NCBI RefSeq assembly: GCF_001194135.2
Contig: NC_068981.1
Coordinates: 134,643,465-134,707,464, forward strand
Direction of reading: 5' to 3'
Length of the DNA: 64,000 nucleotides
DNA from: Octopus bimaculoides
Taxonomy: Eukaryota
Under the pieces are notes generated by a model, which saw nothing but the letters and a program-made list of their open reading frames with translations, did no database searches and was not told where the DNA came from. Both the position numbers and the translations under genes were made by a program. The first letter of the stretch is position 1, and each line of letters opens with the position of its first letter. This document shows, in pieces, positions 24,051 through 38,078 of the stretch.

Positions 24051-27000
24051 TGAAAAGTCTACAAGTTCTTTGTCTCCAATAAGGAAGTATCTAATTGTAT
24101 TATATGTTTTATATTACAGACATAGAATTGTTGCAATGAGTAGTTTGATTTGATTTTCTTGGATGCTTCCCGACACTCAGTATACCAACGAAATTCTGTT
24201 TACTTTGTTTAGGTTTTAATGGGATTGTGAGTGCCACCAGTTACAAGTTAATTTGACTTAGCTGATAATCCTGGGAAATGTGTGTGGATTTTTTTGTGGG
24301 GTGGGGATCCTGTAATTAAATCCAGCTTTTTAGAACTCAGACAGTAACAGAATAACAATAACTGGCAATACATTGTTGTATAAAACCTATCTCTATATAT
24401 ATCAGGAAATATACCTTCATCAGAGGACATGTACATATATATCTAGGTTTCAACATTACATGTGTATCCTTATTTATGTGGAAATAAAAATTCAAAAGAG
24501 CAACCATATTTTATATATGTCTTTGCAACACTGCAGAAATATAGTCAAATATGGTAAGTCTATCATATCAGTGTATAGTTTCTCTATCACAATCTATATG
24601 GAATGTTTTTCCATCATGGTAGATAATTAGTGTCCTGGGATAAAGAGAGTCTAAGGAAATATGTTCTAACATAAAATCAAGATAAAGCCCAAAGGGTGGT
24701 GTGGTGTAAAACATTGTTATCTTTTCTCCAGCATCTGCAAACAAACTACATCCAAATGTTAAACTATATCAAACATGGCCGCCTGGCTAGCTAGGCCAAC
24801 AAAGGTCTCCTGTTTTTGTTTTTGTTTGAAATCAATCTGCCCTAGAGACATCTCTCTAGTTTCACTGAAAATTGAAAAAAGAAAAGAATGTAACAGAAAT
24901 TACCTACTTATTGTCTTTCAAGATAGATGAATGCTGTATGTCTGTGTGTGCGTGTGTGAGAGAGATATCACTTTGTTAAAAGCATTAATATTAGATGATG
25001 TGTGTATAAAGTCTATTTGGTTAAATCAGTCATTGTTTGACTGATAGCTGATGTTAAAGAAGTGAAAGTGTCTAGGGACCTCACTGGTTTAATGATTGAT
25101 AAACAAAAATAATAGCAAGAGACTTCATAGCAAAATCTCATTCACATTACTAACAAGCTTCGTAGTATTTGATTTGATTTCAGTTTATGTTCAGATATTT
25201 CTAGTCTTAGTCTTTGTATTGTATTTTTTTGTTTACTTGCTCTTAGATTATAAACCAGAATTTATTTCTCTTTTCAGAGAGAAACGTTAACGTACACAGG
25301 CACATATTTATAGTGTGGACATTTTATCTTGTATATCGTATATTGTTATAGCTAAAATTAATATTCCTCCTTTGTTTTTTTTTTGTTTTTTTTGCTGATC
25401 ATTTATTTTTAGAAAGATCACCTTCATTGTATTTGTAGTTGGAACTTGTCCAATTCCCATAAGAAAAGAAAGAACGAAATAATTTTCATTACCTTACTTT
25501 CACCACAAGATGTATCAGTGTTATTGAAAGCATTGATCTTTTCAACTGGAGACTCAAAATAGCATTTGGTAGAAACACCTGATTAATTAAGAATATGCTT
25601 TGAATAGATAACTTCCCCTATCACCAACCTAATTCTCTAATCATTCCTGCTTCTTTTGTCAGGCCTTAAATTTCATTTAGTACTTTATTCATGTGTAGAA
25701 CTATTTCAATAGGAGTCAACTGGTTGATGTTAAAGAAATATTATTCATCTGTACAATTCCCATACTCTTTACTCAAATAGTATGGGAAGATTTAGATAAA
25801 GAGATTTGTCCTTGTGTCTTTTGAAAGGACTTCATTCCATTTTTCTATATGCAGCTCTTTATGAAAATTGCTAAAAATTCATTAGCAATTTTAATTTTAT
25901 CATGAAACAAATTTAGTGCAGGGCCATGGAAGTGAGAAGTTTTATTTTTATATTTTATTTATTCTATAGACATGGAAACATTTTTTTCTTATAATTGCTT
26001 AGAAATTGTACTGTGTATGATATTATTTAGGGTGGTGGAAAATAGCACAAAAATTTATCTTAAAAATATTTTATAAATTTTAGTTTCCTTCTTGACCTAA
26101 TCTTCGATAATTTTTTATCCTGGTGAAAACATAATATTAAACACACTAAGTTACAAAGTATGATGGAGTGACTAATTTCAATGTCGTCAACCCTTATAAT
26201 GATGCTCTTTAATATAGAGGATGACAATGTTTCAGTTAATATTCTCTGCAGCTGCCTTCAGAGAGTGACTCTGAACTGGCCATGGAATTGAACCTGAAAC
26301 CTTTATTTGCTTACTGAATATGTTGTTTTTACTGATCTGCTGTCCTGTCCTGAGATGCAGTATTGTCATTTGAGATACTCAGGCATTAGCCCTGTTTTAT
26401 CAGATTTAAACTAAATGGTAATTGCCCATAATTGTATGTCAACCTTTATGATGAGGAAAATCATCCAAAGACAAACATTAGCATAAACAACTCATTTTAA
26501 TATCTTCATGTGGTTATTCACTGTGCTAGAAATAACAGCTATATCTTGTTAAAACTATGCCTCCATTTTGAAATCAGGACACTAAATAATATAATCCTAG
26601 ATGACCCTTAAAAAAGACAGACAAGTTGTAGAAAGAATGCTTTCCATCATAGTTCTTCTACTCAATAAGAGCTGATCACCAACAATTTTCATCATTATCA
26701 CTTAACCTCCATATTCCATGTTGGCATGGGTTGGATGGTTTAATAGGATCCGGTAGGTCCAAGAATTGCTTCATGCTCCAGTGTTTGCTTTGGCAGGGTT
26801 TCTACAGCTGGATACCCTTCCTAACATCAACCACTTTACAGTATGTCCTGGACATGTTTTTACATGCTACCCAAATTCATTTGGAAAAATATGTACAGAT
26901 GATATATATTGATCAGTATATATTTGATATAGCAAAAGGATAAGGAGACAAAAACTTAAGAACCTTAAACTGGAAAAACTATTGGCCCCTACAAAAATGC

Positions 27001-27189
27001 TTGTGATGAGAACAGCAGACCAAGTAGTTCAATTAAAGTTGCAGTTTTAATTCCTGGTCTTCAAAACTAAAGGCAATGGAAGAATGTTTATGATAATGAA
27101 CATTAAACTGTGTTTATATATTAGACTTTGTTAATATTTGTACATTGGGTAAGTGTTTGCATTTGTATTGTTTTTGTCATTGTTCAACT

Positions 27190-27365
27190 CCCAGTCAGCT
27201 CTGATTGAGCAAACCTACAGCCTAAAGCATTCCTACTGTGAGTATGCTGTCTTTTAGGAGTGTCTAAGAATTACATTATCCAAAGTGTTCTTTTCCTTTC
27301 TTGAGATGACTGCATGTGGTTTAAGAGAGATTTAACTGCTGTTTCTAGTAAATCAATCAACTGCT
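27190..27365 (+). repeat. Unclassified interspersed repeat with two conserved boxes and a variable spacer
   Basis: Boxes resembling ctgattgagcagacctatgatcaa...cattccagccatgacc and gagggagatttggctgctatttctagc recur at about 16610, 26540(-), 28290, 29085, 36810(-), 47650(-) and 49220-49490. Confidence 0.55.
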
Positions 27366-27702
27366 TAGATTGATTAATGTAGAATTGAATTGTATTTTTA
27401 TAGTACAGCTTTGATTTTAGGATTCCAAAATTATGTTGCTGTGTAAATGTTGAGCATTTGCTAGTGTTTAGTTTTGTGTGAAAGCTCAAAGTTATATATA
27501 ATTAATAAGGTTTATGACTTTTCAAATATTGACTGCAGCTTACCTTTATTTTATTATATGCTCTATTTCATAAAGGGAATATATTTATTTTTCTTTCTTT
27601 TTTTGGATTTTGAGTATTGGCAGAATTGTTGGCTACATTTTTATTGAAATGTTTTACCATTTATTACACTATCTTCAATAGGCCATACTTCCTAGCTATT
27701 GT

Positions 27703-28765
27703 ATCTTTTATCTTTCACTTGTTTCAATCGTTGGACTGCAGCCATGATGGAACACCACCTTGAAGGGTTTTTGGTCAAACAGATCAATCCTTGTACTTAT
27801 TTATTTTTTTTTAGTTAGATATTTATTCTATTGGTCTCTTTGCCAAACTGCTAAGTTATGGGGGACACAAACCAACACAAGTTATCAAGTGATGGAGTGG
27901 GGCAGCAAAGACACACACACACACACTGTACATGACAGGCTTCAACACTGTTTCCATCTCCCAAATTCACTCGTAAGGCATTGGTCTGCCTGGGCTATAC
28001 TAGAAGACATTTGCCCAAGGTGCCATGAAATGGGACTGAACCCGAAACCATGTGGTTGCCAAGTGACCTTAACCATACAGTCATGCTTTTTTTCTTTTTT
28101 GTTCTAAGTTTTAGAGAACAAAGAACGCAAATAAATTTTTTTCATTTCCTGTCTTTCCCATCTACAGACTTGTATTCAAGCATTCTTGTATGTTAAGTAA
28201 CTAGTTGAACAGGATGTGATTGTTAAGTAAGGTAGAACTGTGACCAACAGTGGCTGAAGAAGTTTACACATGGTCAACTGATTGTGTTGTAATTGTTTAG
28301 CTCCAAGCCAGTCCTGATTATACAAATCTCAAATTTTTGTTCCTGCCATAATATGTCTATGTTTATCTTTTATCTTCTTGTTTTACTTGTTTCAGTCATT
28401 GGACTGCAGTCATGTTAGGTCACTGCCTTGATGGGTTTTAGTTGAGCAAAGTGCTTTTTTTTAAAGTCTGGCACTTATACTATCAGTCCTTTTGTTGACT
28501 CACTAAGTTACAGGGACATAAACAAACCAACACTGATTGTCAGTCGGTGGGAGTAGGGGACAAGCACAGACACAAAGGCACGTGCACACACACACACACA
28601 TGTGTGTGCAACTGGAACACAGTTTCCATTGACCAAATTTACTCACAGGGCATTTGTCAATTTGGTGCTTTAGTAGAAGACACTTAGCCAAGATGCTGCC
28701 CAGTGGAATTGAACCTGAAATCATGTAGTTGCAAAGTGAGCTTCTTAACCACACAGTCATACCTG
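27703..28765 (-). mobile_element. Two same-orientation dominant-family SINEs (about 27703-28085 and 28370-28765)
   Basis: Reverse-complement homology to 50207-50622. Further copies at about 2010-2345(+), 6250-6425(-), 7181-7360(+), 8890-9148(+, tail), 14160-14515(-), 17270-17450(-), 62400-62600(+, tail). Confidence 0.75.
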
Positions 28766-30033
28766 GACCTGTTTCTTATCTTTCTTTTGTTTTTTAGAGA
28801 CAATTGAATTAAGGTGGGTTCAATTCCTGTACTGAGCATTGTATTGTACCCTTGAGCAAGGCACTTCATTTCCTTTTGCTCCAGTCTACTCAGCTGTTAT
28901 GAGTCCCGGCCGGGTGTTAGAGCAAACTTCTCTTCCTCTGGCTGTCACATCTTGGCAGAGAGGAGAGAATTTCTATGTCTGTTTGCCACTACATAGGTAC
29001 CTAAAACAATTAACAAAAGCATGAGATATATTACCAAGCCACATTAACTCATGAGTGACATTTGGCTGTACTTCCATAAGTTATGGTCCAAGGGAGATTC
29101 GGCTGCTATTTTTTATTGGGCAGAACAACTATATAGAGGCTCTCTCATTAGTTCTAACGTTTCCATTGATTTATTGTTTAATTTCCTTGTATTTCAAGTC
29201 ACTGATTTCCACTGAAATTTTTATATATTTATTTCCTTTAAGTTTATTTAATGACAATAACATTTAACTTTTTTAGTATTTTCCCACCGTCAGTATAAAT
29301 TTTTCTTTTTTTCATTTTATGACCCATTAGTAAATTTGGCATTGATTCTTGTGTTAGCTATATTGAATTCAATGAAAAATAAATTCTTTCTTTGGTTATG
29401 TTACTTGTCTCTATGTATTTAATCAGTTTCTTTTAACCTAGCTCATGTTTGGGGCATTAAAACAGTGTAATGGTTTATTTGTTTGGCAACAAAGCAGCAA
29501 ATGTTTTCTGTGTATTATTTATAAACACAGAAGAAAAAACAAAAATACATCTTAAGTGCATATTATTTAGCTAAATAGCCTCTGTCTTTTTTATTGTTAC
29601 TATAAGGAATTCTTTCCTTTGGAGCTGGCTGGTTTCATGTATCTTCCCCTCAAGTACCCCTGACCCTCTCATCTCTGCACCTCTCATCACCTTTGTTGCA
29701 GCCACTCCACTGATTCCTGTGCTAACCGCTATTTCCAGTCCTTCCTCCTCAGAACATTGTCCCTCTGGAATATGCTCCCTGTTCATATCTTTTCTGTAGG
29801 TGTTGGCCTATAACAGTTTAACTCATTAGCATTTAATCTGGCCATGCCTGGCCTAAAATTTTATCTCTTTTATGTTCAGACCAGCCAGATCTGCCTCTTA
29901 CACCTGCCTTACAATTACGTTATCCAAATCTCAAAGCTACAAGGTAATTGCATGATTAATTCAAAATGATGTGAGTAAATAAGCATCACATTTGACACAG
30001 TAATCTAAATGCTAAAGGGTTAACTGGAACAAT

Positions 30034-30457
30034 TTGTGTGTTGTTGTGTGTGTGTTGGCACTCCGTCGGTTACGACACCGAGGGTTCCAGTTGATCCGAT
30101 CAACGGAACAGCCTGCTCGTGAAATTAACGTGCAAGTGGCTGAGCACTCCACAGACATTCAACCATTCATCAACAGACACGTGTACCCTTAACGTAGTTC
30201 TCGGAGATATTCAGCGTGACACAGTGTGACAAGGCTGACCCTTTGAATAACAGGCACAACAGAAACAGGAAGTAAGAGTGAGAGAAAGTTGTGGTGAAAG
30301 AGTACAGCAGGGTTCACCACCATCCCCTGCCGGAGCCTCATGGAGCTTTTAGGTGTTTTCGCTCAATAAACACTCACAACGCCCAATCTGGGAATTGAAA
30401 CCGCGATCCTATGTCCGCGAGTCCGCTGCCCTAACCACTGGGCCATTGCGCCTCCAC
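30034..30457 (-). mobile_element. Young tRNA-derived SINE with an 11-bp TSD
   Basis: A box tggcccagtggttag and B box ggtttcaattccc on the minus strand; CpG-rich; TSD actggaacaat at 30023-30033 and 30458-30468. Confidence 0.85.
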
Positions 30458-31116
30458 ACTGGAACAATAACCAGTGGTATATAGTGATTGTTGTATTGGG
30501 TGTGCTGCCACACTCAATGCCATCAAATTTCAAGCAGAGGTATAATAAAAGTTTTCCATTAAGATTTGTGATTAAATTAATGAGTAAGGTTAATATTTAT
30601 AATGAATTTGTCATTTTCAATGGGTGTGCAGGTCATACCTAGTACATCCAGAATATACACCCCTGACAATAACAGCACCAAACTCATTGATCTTAAGGGC
30701 CTGCAAAGTTCATGAGCAGTGCTCCTTCTTTGAGATTCACTAAGTAAAAAAAAAAAAAAAACTATAAATATTTTTAAACTTTTTTTTTTCTTATTTTTTA
30801 TATTTTTGCTGCAAACTTGAATCTGGGGGTAAAATATGTAAGTGTGTAGATCTCTTCATGTATGTATATTTTATAGCTGTTAGCATTTTTGTATCTACCT
30901 TTCTGTTAGCCTGTCAGTATGTTTGTGTGTGTTATAAACTGGATTACAAACCCAAACTTCAAGTTTTGTACAATCAGCTTTTGTGGTTGACCATATTCAT
31001 CCATGCATTCTTGTGAAATATATTTGTAGATACATATGCACACATCTATAGATAGATATGTACACATATATCTAGAGACAGATATGTACATGCACACATG
31101 CATACATACAACGGAT

Positions 31117-32083
31117 GTCGTCGTCGTCGTCGTTTAACGTCCACTTTCTATGCTAGCATGGGTTGGACGATTTGACTGAGGACTGGTGAAACCAGATGGC
31201 TACACCAGGCTCCAATCTGATTTGGCAGTGTTTCTACAGCTGGATGCCCTTCCTAACGCCAACCACTCAGAGAGTGTAGTGGGTGCTTTTACGTGTCACC
31301 CGCACGAAGGCCAGTCAGACGGTACTGGCAACGGCCACGCTCATCTCACTCGAGAAACCTCATGTGTCACCCGCACAATATGCACTAATTAACACAATCA
31401 CAATACACTTTTAATTATTAGCTTTCAAAATTTTCTCACATATGGAATGGATCTGACATTTTTTTCTTAAACTATTCAGAAATGTCTGTTTTGATTTCAA
31501 CTTCAGAATCTTTGTGAAAACATCTGTNNNNNNNNNNNNNNNNNNNNNNNNNNCGTCGTCGTCGTTTAACGTCCACTTTCTATGCTAGCATGGGTTGGAC
31601 GATTTGACTGAGGACTGGTGAAACCAGATGGCTACACCAGGCTCCAATCTGATTTGGCAGTGTTTCTACAGCTGGATGCCCTTCCTAACGCCAACCACTC
31701 AGAGAGTGTAGTGGGTGCTTTTACGTGTCACCCGCACGAAGGCCAGTCAGACGGTACTGGCAACGGCCACGCTCATCTCACTCGAGAAACCTCATGTGTC
31801 ACCCGCACAAGAGCCAGTCCAGGGGCACTGGCAACGATCTCGCTCGAAAGATTTCGTGTGTCGCCCGCACATGAGCCAGTCCAGGGGCACCGGCAACGAT
31901 CTCGCTCGAAAAACCTCATGTGTCACCCGCACAATATGCACTAATTAACACAATCACAATACACTTTTAATTATTAGCTTTCAAAATTTTCTCACATATG
32001 GAATGGATCTGACATTTTTTTCTTAAACTATTCAGAAATGTCTGTTTTGATTTCAACTTCAGAATCTTTGTGAAAACATCTGT
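31117..32083 (-). mobile_element. Young RTE-tail repeat with internal about 62-bp units, present twice across an N-gap
   Basis: (CGT)n tail, tttaacgtccactttctatgctagcatggg..., CpG-rich. Copies at 31117-31527 and 31554-32083 are identical except for 124 nt. Confidence 0.85.
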
Positions 32084-34992
32084 TAATTTAACTGACAAAA
32101 TGTTACAGTTACTTTTTGAAAGCACACACAAACAAATTAATAAATCTTATACAGAAAACACTTAAAACATAATGAAAACAAAATCTTTCATAAAATACAC
32201 CTCTAATAATAACAGAACAGAAGAAACTGTAATTATATTTTTCAAAAATTAACCCTGTGTTCAAATAACAAGTGACAAGCAAGATATAACAAGTGAAACT
32301 TTGTTCACATCCTTGGGATTCTAATTTTCATTGTTGCATCACTGAAAATTTTCTTTGTATTCACTTGTGCCTTTTTTTCTTTCTTATACAATAAAGCATT
32401 AAATTTCTTTTATCGTTTTTCATAGATACTCCAGGTTCTTGTAAATTTTCAGTCAACCTTTTGTAGTAATGAGGTTATTTTGCCAACTCTTTGGGACACA
32501 AGCTATGTTGTCAATTGTTGAATGTTTTTAGCTGTATACTGAAGTAGTTATTGTTCTTCTTGTTGTTGCTGTTGTTCTTGATGATGATGATGATGTTGTT
32601 CCTAAGACCTGCCATGATTGGTAGTAATTGAGCAAGTCTATAGTCAAAAGTATTCAGGTTTGGTGATGCAAACAGGAAAAATAGAATCCAAACGTGTGTG
32701 TGTGTGTGTGTGTGTGTATTAATATTTAGCAGAAGCAACAGAGGGACTCAAAGGCTGAGAGTTTTGTGTGTTAACACTTTTCAAACTAATTCAAAAATAT
32801 CAAAAGTATTCTATGCACCCGTCTTTTTAGGGATATGTTAGATGACAGTATCTAATATGACCATCTCCTTTAAAGACAATTAGGTGTCTGCTATATAGAT
32901 GTCAGAGCAGTATTCCATTGTGGGTATCCCTTTTGTTTTGGAAAGTGAGAGAACAATTTGTTTGGAGCTGAAGTGTTTTCTGCCTGTGCAAAGGAAAGCT
33001 AGTCATTTCTGATGCAGTTTTTGTTATAAATATGACATTACTATAGGTAACCATTAGTGATTTTTTTCTATCTAGTGTATTTACCCATGTGTAAGTCAAA
33101 ACCTTAATTTAGTGTGAAATCTAGGTACAAAATTCCTTGCTTTCATATTCAAACTTGATATCAGCTTTGTTTGATATGTGTGTTGCACTCCAGTTTTTGA
33201 AATAGTATGACTTATATTCAAGTAATACAGTGTATATAATCCCAGATACCCTATAGTTAAGAAGGAGAAGGTGAGATGATTTCAACTGAGACACTGCTGA
33301 TCATCAATCTATTTGATTAGGTTTGGCAAGGGACTAAACAACAACTAAGGTCACAGGTTTTTCTCTTTAGGTTAGCATTAAAAAAAAACACCTGACATAA
33401 TTTAACAAATTACAGTTATACATTGATTTCTAACCATTGTGACTATAATGAATTTGTTTTGTGAAAGAGAAAGTGCTTATGAAGTGAATATACTACTATG
33501 GTTGTTGATTTTAACCTATGGTGTTCAATAATTGTTCTACAATATTGTTTGTTGTAATTATTTTAATAAATGTTAAACTGGCTGATTTTTACTCATTTTT
33601 ATCTCTGTAATAGAAAATGATAGTCAGGTAGACCTTTATCATGATTATTATTGAACCAGAAAAATTAGGTTGTTCAATTAGGAAATATATTATGAAAAAT
33701 GTATTATGGATATCAAGTTGACTAGTTTAGCTTGTTAGATTGAAGTCCCAGCCAATTTGATCTTCACAATAATTTTGACCAGTCTTAGCATAAAATCACC
33801 CCATCAGTGACTATTCCATTGTTATTCTTAAACCTGCTTTAAAATGATGAATTTTTACATGATTATTTCCAATTAAGATTGATACATCTTTTTAAGCACA
33901 TCTGCAAATTTAGATATATGCACATAATAGCTTGGTAACTAATCAGGTTGTTAGAACATTATTACCCTGAAATATATCTTTATATTTAGATTCTAAGTTG
34001 ATAATCAAAGAACAGTTATTATTATTATTTTTTTTTTGTGTATGTAAATGTAAAAAAAATGAATAATCCTATTTATGAAATACTCCAGACATTCTCTCCC
34101 CCACGAAATATACATTTATTATCTTTGTAACTTTGTCAACAGATAATCTAAATTTGTTGCTTCCAGTGTTAAAGTGAAACAAAAGGAAAATGTATTTGGT
34201 TTTGTGTGTGTGTGGTGTATATATATGTATATATGTATGTATATATGTGTGTGTGTGTGTGTGTGTGAGTATGTATATGTGATGCATATATATACGTGAG
34301 TGTGTATTAACTCACTAGTCCTGTCCTTATTGTTATATACACACCATATTCAAAATGAATAAGCATAGGATCATAATCTAAATGTATTTCACAACTGTTA
34401 TGTCTGTCATAGAAAATGATTGTCATTGGATATGTTCATAAAAACTCTTCAATCTCTTACATCTTCTTGTTGATGTCATTTGTATTCTTCTATTAATGCC
34501 ATCAAATGTTGTTGAGATTCTTTATGAATATCTTCAAATGCTGGTTGTGTTTCACTTATATAAGCAGCTTATCAAACATACTTTACTTCTGACTAATAAA
34601 GAAAGAAAATAAAAGAAACTCTGCTACAACCAGTCTACCTTTTTCTTTTCTTTTCTTTTTTTTTCTTTACAGTTTACAACAGCTATCATTCATTTACAAG
34701 TTTTCATTTGCAATCATTTATATTTCCTCTTTGTCTTTCAGCTCAATTGTATTCTCTCTTCTTTTTAGCTATCTTTCTTTCACCTGATTAGTTATTATTT
34801 GGAACATAATGCTTAGAAGTGTAATTAGTTGTTTTGAGTTAAATGGTTTAAATAACATTTGTATCCTAAATTACAATTAAACATGTACGTATGTCATATC
34901 AAAGCCCTGAAGCTTGGAATATTGATTGCATTAATTAGCAAACAAATTCTAAAATGATTTTATTCAGTATGTATATATATTTACCAGCTTGC

Positions 34993-35025
<33 letters not shown>

Positions 35026-35599
35026 CGTGCACGTATGTGCGTACCTTGTGTATGAGTGAGTGAATGTGTGTATGTTGTAAACATTCTCATTTGATAAAAC
35101 AGATCCAGGCAAGCATATATGATGACCACAACTGCCAGTATCATTGTTTCAGTAAGGTCATATAAAATCACTGGCATGTGTATACAAGCACAAATGCTTG
35201 AGTTTGATGTGATCTTTCTTATGACAAAATTTGTTTTCATCGAGAAATATCATTGTTATAGCAAAGACATCATTAATTTAACTGTCTGCAGCCAACCTTG
35301 TTGATTTTGTGTGAANNNNNNNNNNNNNNNNNNNNNNNNNNNNNNNNNNNNNNNNNNNNNNNNNNNNNNNNNNNNNNNNNNNNNNNNNNNNNNNNNNNNN
35401 NNNNNNNNNNNNNNNNNNNNNNNNNNNNNNNNNNNNNNNNNNNNNNNNNNNNNNNNNNNNNNNNNNNNNNNNNNNNNNNNNNNNNNNNNNNNNNNNNNNN
35501 NNNNNAAAACAGTTTTCAGTGTTTACAAACATTAACAAAGCCTATCAAATATTTTATTTATTTATTATTTTTGTGAATCAAAAAGCAAAAAAAAGCTCT

Positions 35600-35800
35600 T
35601 CATCAGCCATCTTTTTCAGTCCATTTTCTTTCAATACTTCATATCATGGCTTCTCTCATTCTCCAGCCAGGAAGCTCTCCAATCTGGAGATCCAAATTTT
35701 GCTGCATATTGCTGTCTTTCTTCACAATTTGTGATCAAGTGTAAACTTCAACACGTGATCCTACTCTACGATTTCCAGCATGCACCACCTCCTTGAAATG
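35600..35800 (-). mobile_element. Possible pogo/CENP-B-type HTH remnant
   Basis: QYAAKFGSPDWRASWLENERSHDMK resembles the PDFKASNGWLENFKKRH motif; contains stops. Confidence 0.35.
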
Positions 35801-37434
35801 AGAACTTTATGGGTGAGTTCTGTCAGACCCCCCTCCCATATACCCAACCTGTGCTGAAAATTTGGTTTTCTGATTTGTAATGTCTGTAGCTGGTGATAAG
35901 CATGCTGTATTGAATAAACTACCTATCATGTAGTTCTTCTTTGTTTCTTCCTAGTAGTTATGTCTTTGATGCTCATTGTCACAATAATGTTGATCTTGAG
36001 AAGAAAATTATATTTTGTAGTTATATCAGTGAAATTATGGATACCAACAGAAAAATATCAAAATAATGGATGTAATAGTATTGTGTTTCACACACGTCTG
36101 TTTAGTATGTGTGCATGTGAGTTTTGCATGTAAATATGATTACCATGTATTATAAAGCATGTTCTTTGTATCCTGTTGGATGTGAAGATACTACCAACTA
36201 CCATCTACATATACTAAAGAAAGAAATGAGCCATTCAAAGGAGGTCATTCAATCTTGAAAGTTTGCTTTGTGAAATATAATTAAGAATATAATCAGTGCT
36301 AGGTATTGCAGCTGCTGCATTTAAAGTGTTGCATAGTGAGCAATGACTTGAGATCTAAACTTTTGAGAAACTACTTTTAGAATATCCAAATGTCATAATC
36401 TTTGAATTTAAATGTCTCTTGGATTTAGATATATACATTAAAACCAGAAGAGAGAAATATGTTGTTATTTTTTCATAAGATTCCTAAAAGAAGCCTCCAA
36501 TAATCACCAGATATGCTCCATATTTGAATTTAATTAATATTAACTAAAACTGGATATATTCAAATTCTTTATATTTAAAATCAGTCAACACTTTGTTTCA
36601 ATCTATTGTTATATCTGGAACTAATAACCTTTCTGTAATGTCTACAATATTGTTGTTATTTTTGTTTTAAAATGTTTTAGCTTGTATGACCTATTACTAT
36701 ATGAGGTTAAGCTACTTTTTTGAAACATGCAGCTTCTACAGCAATATAAATGTTAGTCCACTGAGGAACTTTGATCAATCACTCTGAAATATGCCATCAG
36801 CTCTGGCACAAACATAGGAATCTCTATACGGTTGCTTCACTGCTAGAAGTAACATATATCCAAGTCTCCCTCAAGCTGTATTCTACCATCTTGAGGAAAG
36901 AAAACCACATTAATATAGTCTGAGGTAAACTATGCCTTACAAAAAGAGTTGGATATTTGTCGATGGAATGCCTCTCATTCTAGATCTGCTCAGTTGGCTT
37001 CAGCAGTCAAAGCAACCAGAATGTTTGTACTACAATAAAGTACCATGGGTCCTTATGATAGAAAAATAGGCCTAACATGTTACCCAGTTCAACATCTCTT
37101 CCTAAGATGATTCTCTTATTGTAGATTGTGAATAAACCTGATATAACTAAAGCATTCTAAGTTTATTGGGTATTTGGCTGCCTTTAGCAAAATTTGCTCT
37201 GCATTTTAGCTAAGTATTTGGTTTGAGGGAAACATAGTACAATCTCTTGATGACTGCTTATTTCTACACCTCTTACATAACATCTCTGTCAAAGTCCATA
37301 AAGAAAAGTTTTCCTTGCAAAGAAGCTCAACTTACAAATACAACAGTGTCTGAAAACCATGAGAAGCTGATTTTTCAGTTGCTTCGTAATCCCATAATCT
37401 CTTTGCCATTCGTAATCTCAGCAAACACAGGATG

Positions 37435-38078
37435 TTAACCCTTTTGATACCAATCTATTTGAGACTGCTAATTGGTTCTATGATACAAACTTTGTGTTTT
37501 AAAGTAACTTAAATTGAAACCTTCTATCAAAAAATTCCTGTTGATTTGTTTCAAACAGCAGTTTAATGAGAATATTATTTTACTGAAATTTTCATTATTT
37601 GAAAAATTAATTAAAAGAAAGGTGGTGTGTTTCAGCAGGAATATATTGACAAAGGGGTCCACTCAAGGCCGTTGACTTCCTCCTGTTAGGCTTATTATGG
37701 GGATTGATTTATTGGTTAGTAATTAATTATGGTTAATCATTGTCCTCTTTTCTTTTTCCCAATCCACTAAAACAATTCCCCCAAAACTAAAACAATAAAG
37801 ATAGTCAAATATTAATGAAATGGTAATGATTCCACTAAACAACTTTGCCTCTTTTAATCCTTTTATTACCATATTTCTCTTGAAACACTCTGCTTTTATT
37901 TCAATTAATTTTGAAAATAGTGAAGAATTTAGTAAAATAATTGACACAATTAAGCTTGTGTTTGGAACATAAATTAACATGAAATTTCGATGGAAAGCTT
38001 TATATTAAATCACTTTAAAACAGGAAGTTTGTATCATAAAACCAGAGGTCTCAAGCAGATTTGTATCAAAAAGGTTAG
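37435..38078. mobile_element. Two inverted TTAA-type MITEs, family B (37435-37658 and 37854-38078)
   Basis: TTAACCCTTTT termini; homologous to 12148-12372 and about 54012-54295. Confidence 0.7.

Noticed and set aside
24385-24432. Further CTGATGA motifs on the minus strand (also about 19860 and 38350)
   Set aside because: Stem II/GAAAC and stem I cannot be convincingly formed.
31720-31935. Regular about 62-bp repeats, superficially CRISPR-like
   Set aside because: No unique spacers, eukaryotic context, and they lie inside a retroelement tail.
35667-35812. Exon-like segment (ctccag| or ccag| ... TGG|gtgagt)
   Set aside because: All three + frames contain stops, and the minus strand resembles a pogo HTH. 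At most a poison exon, with no support.
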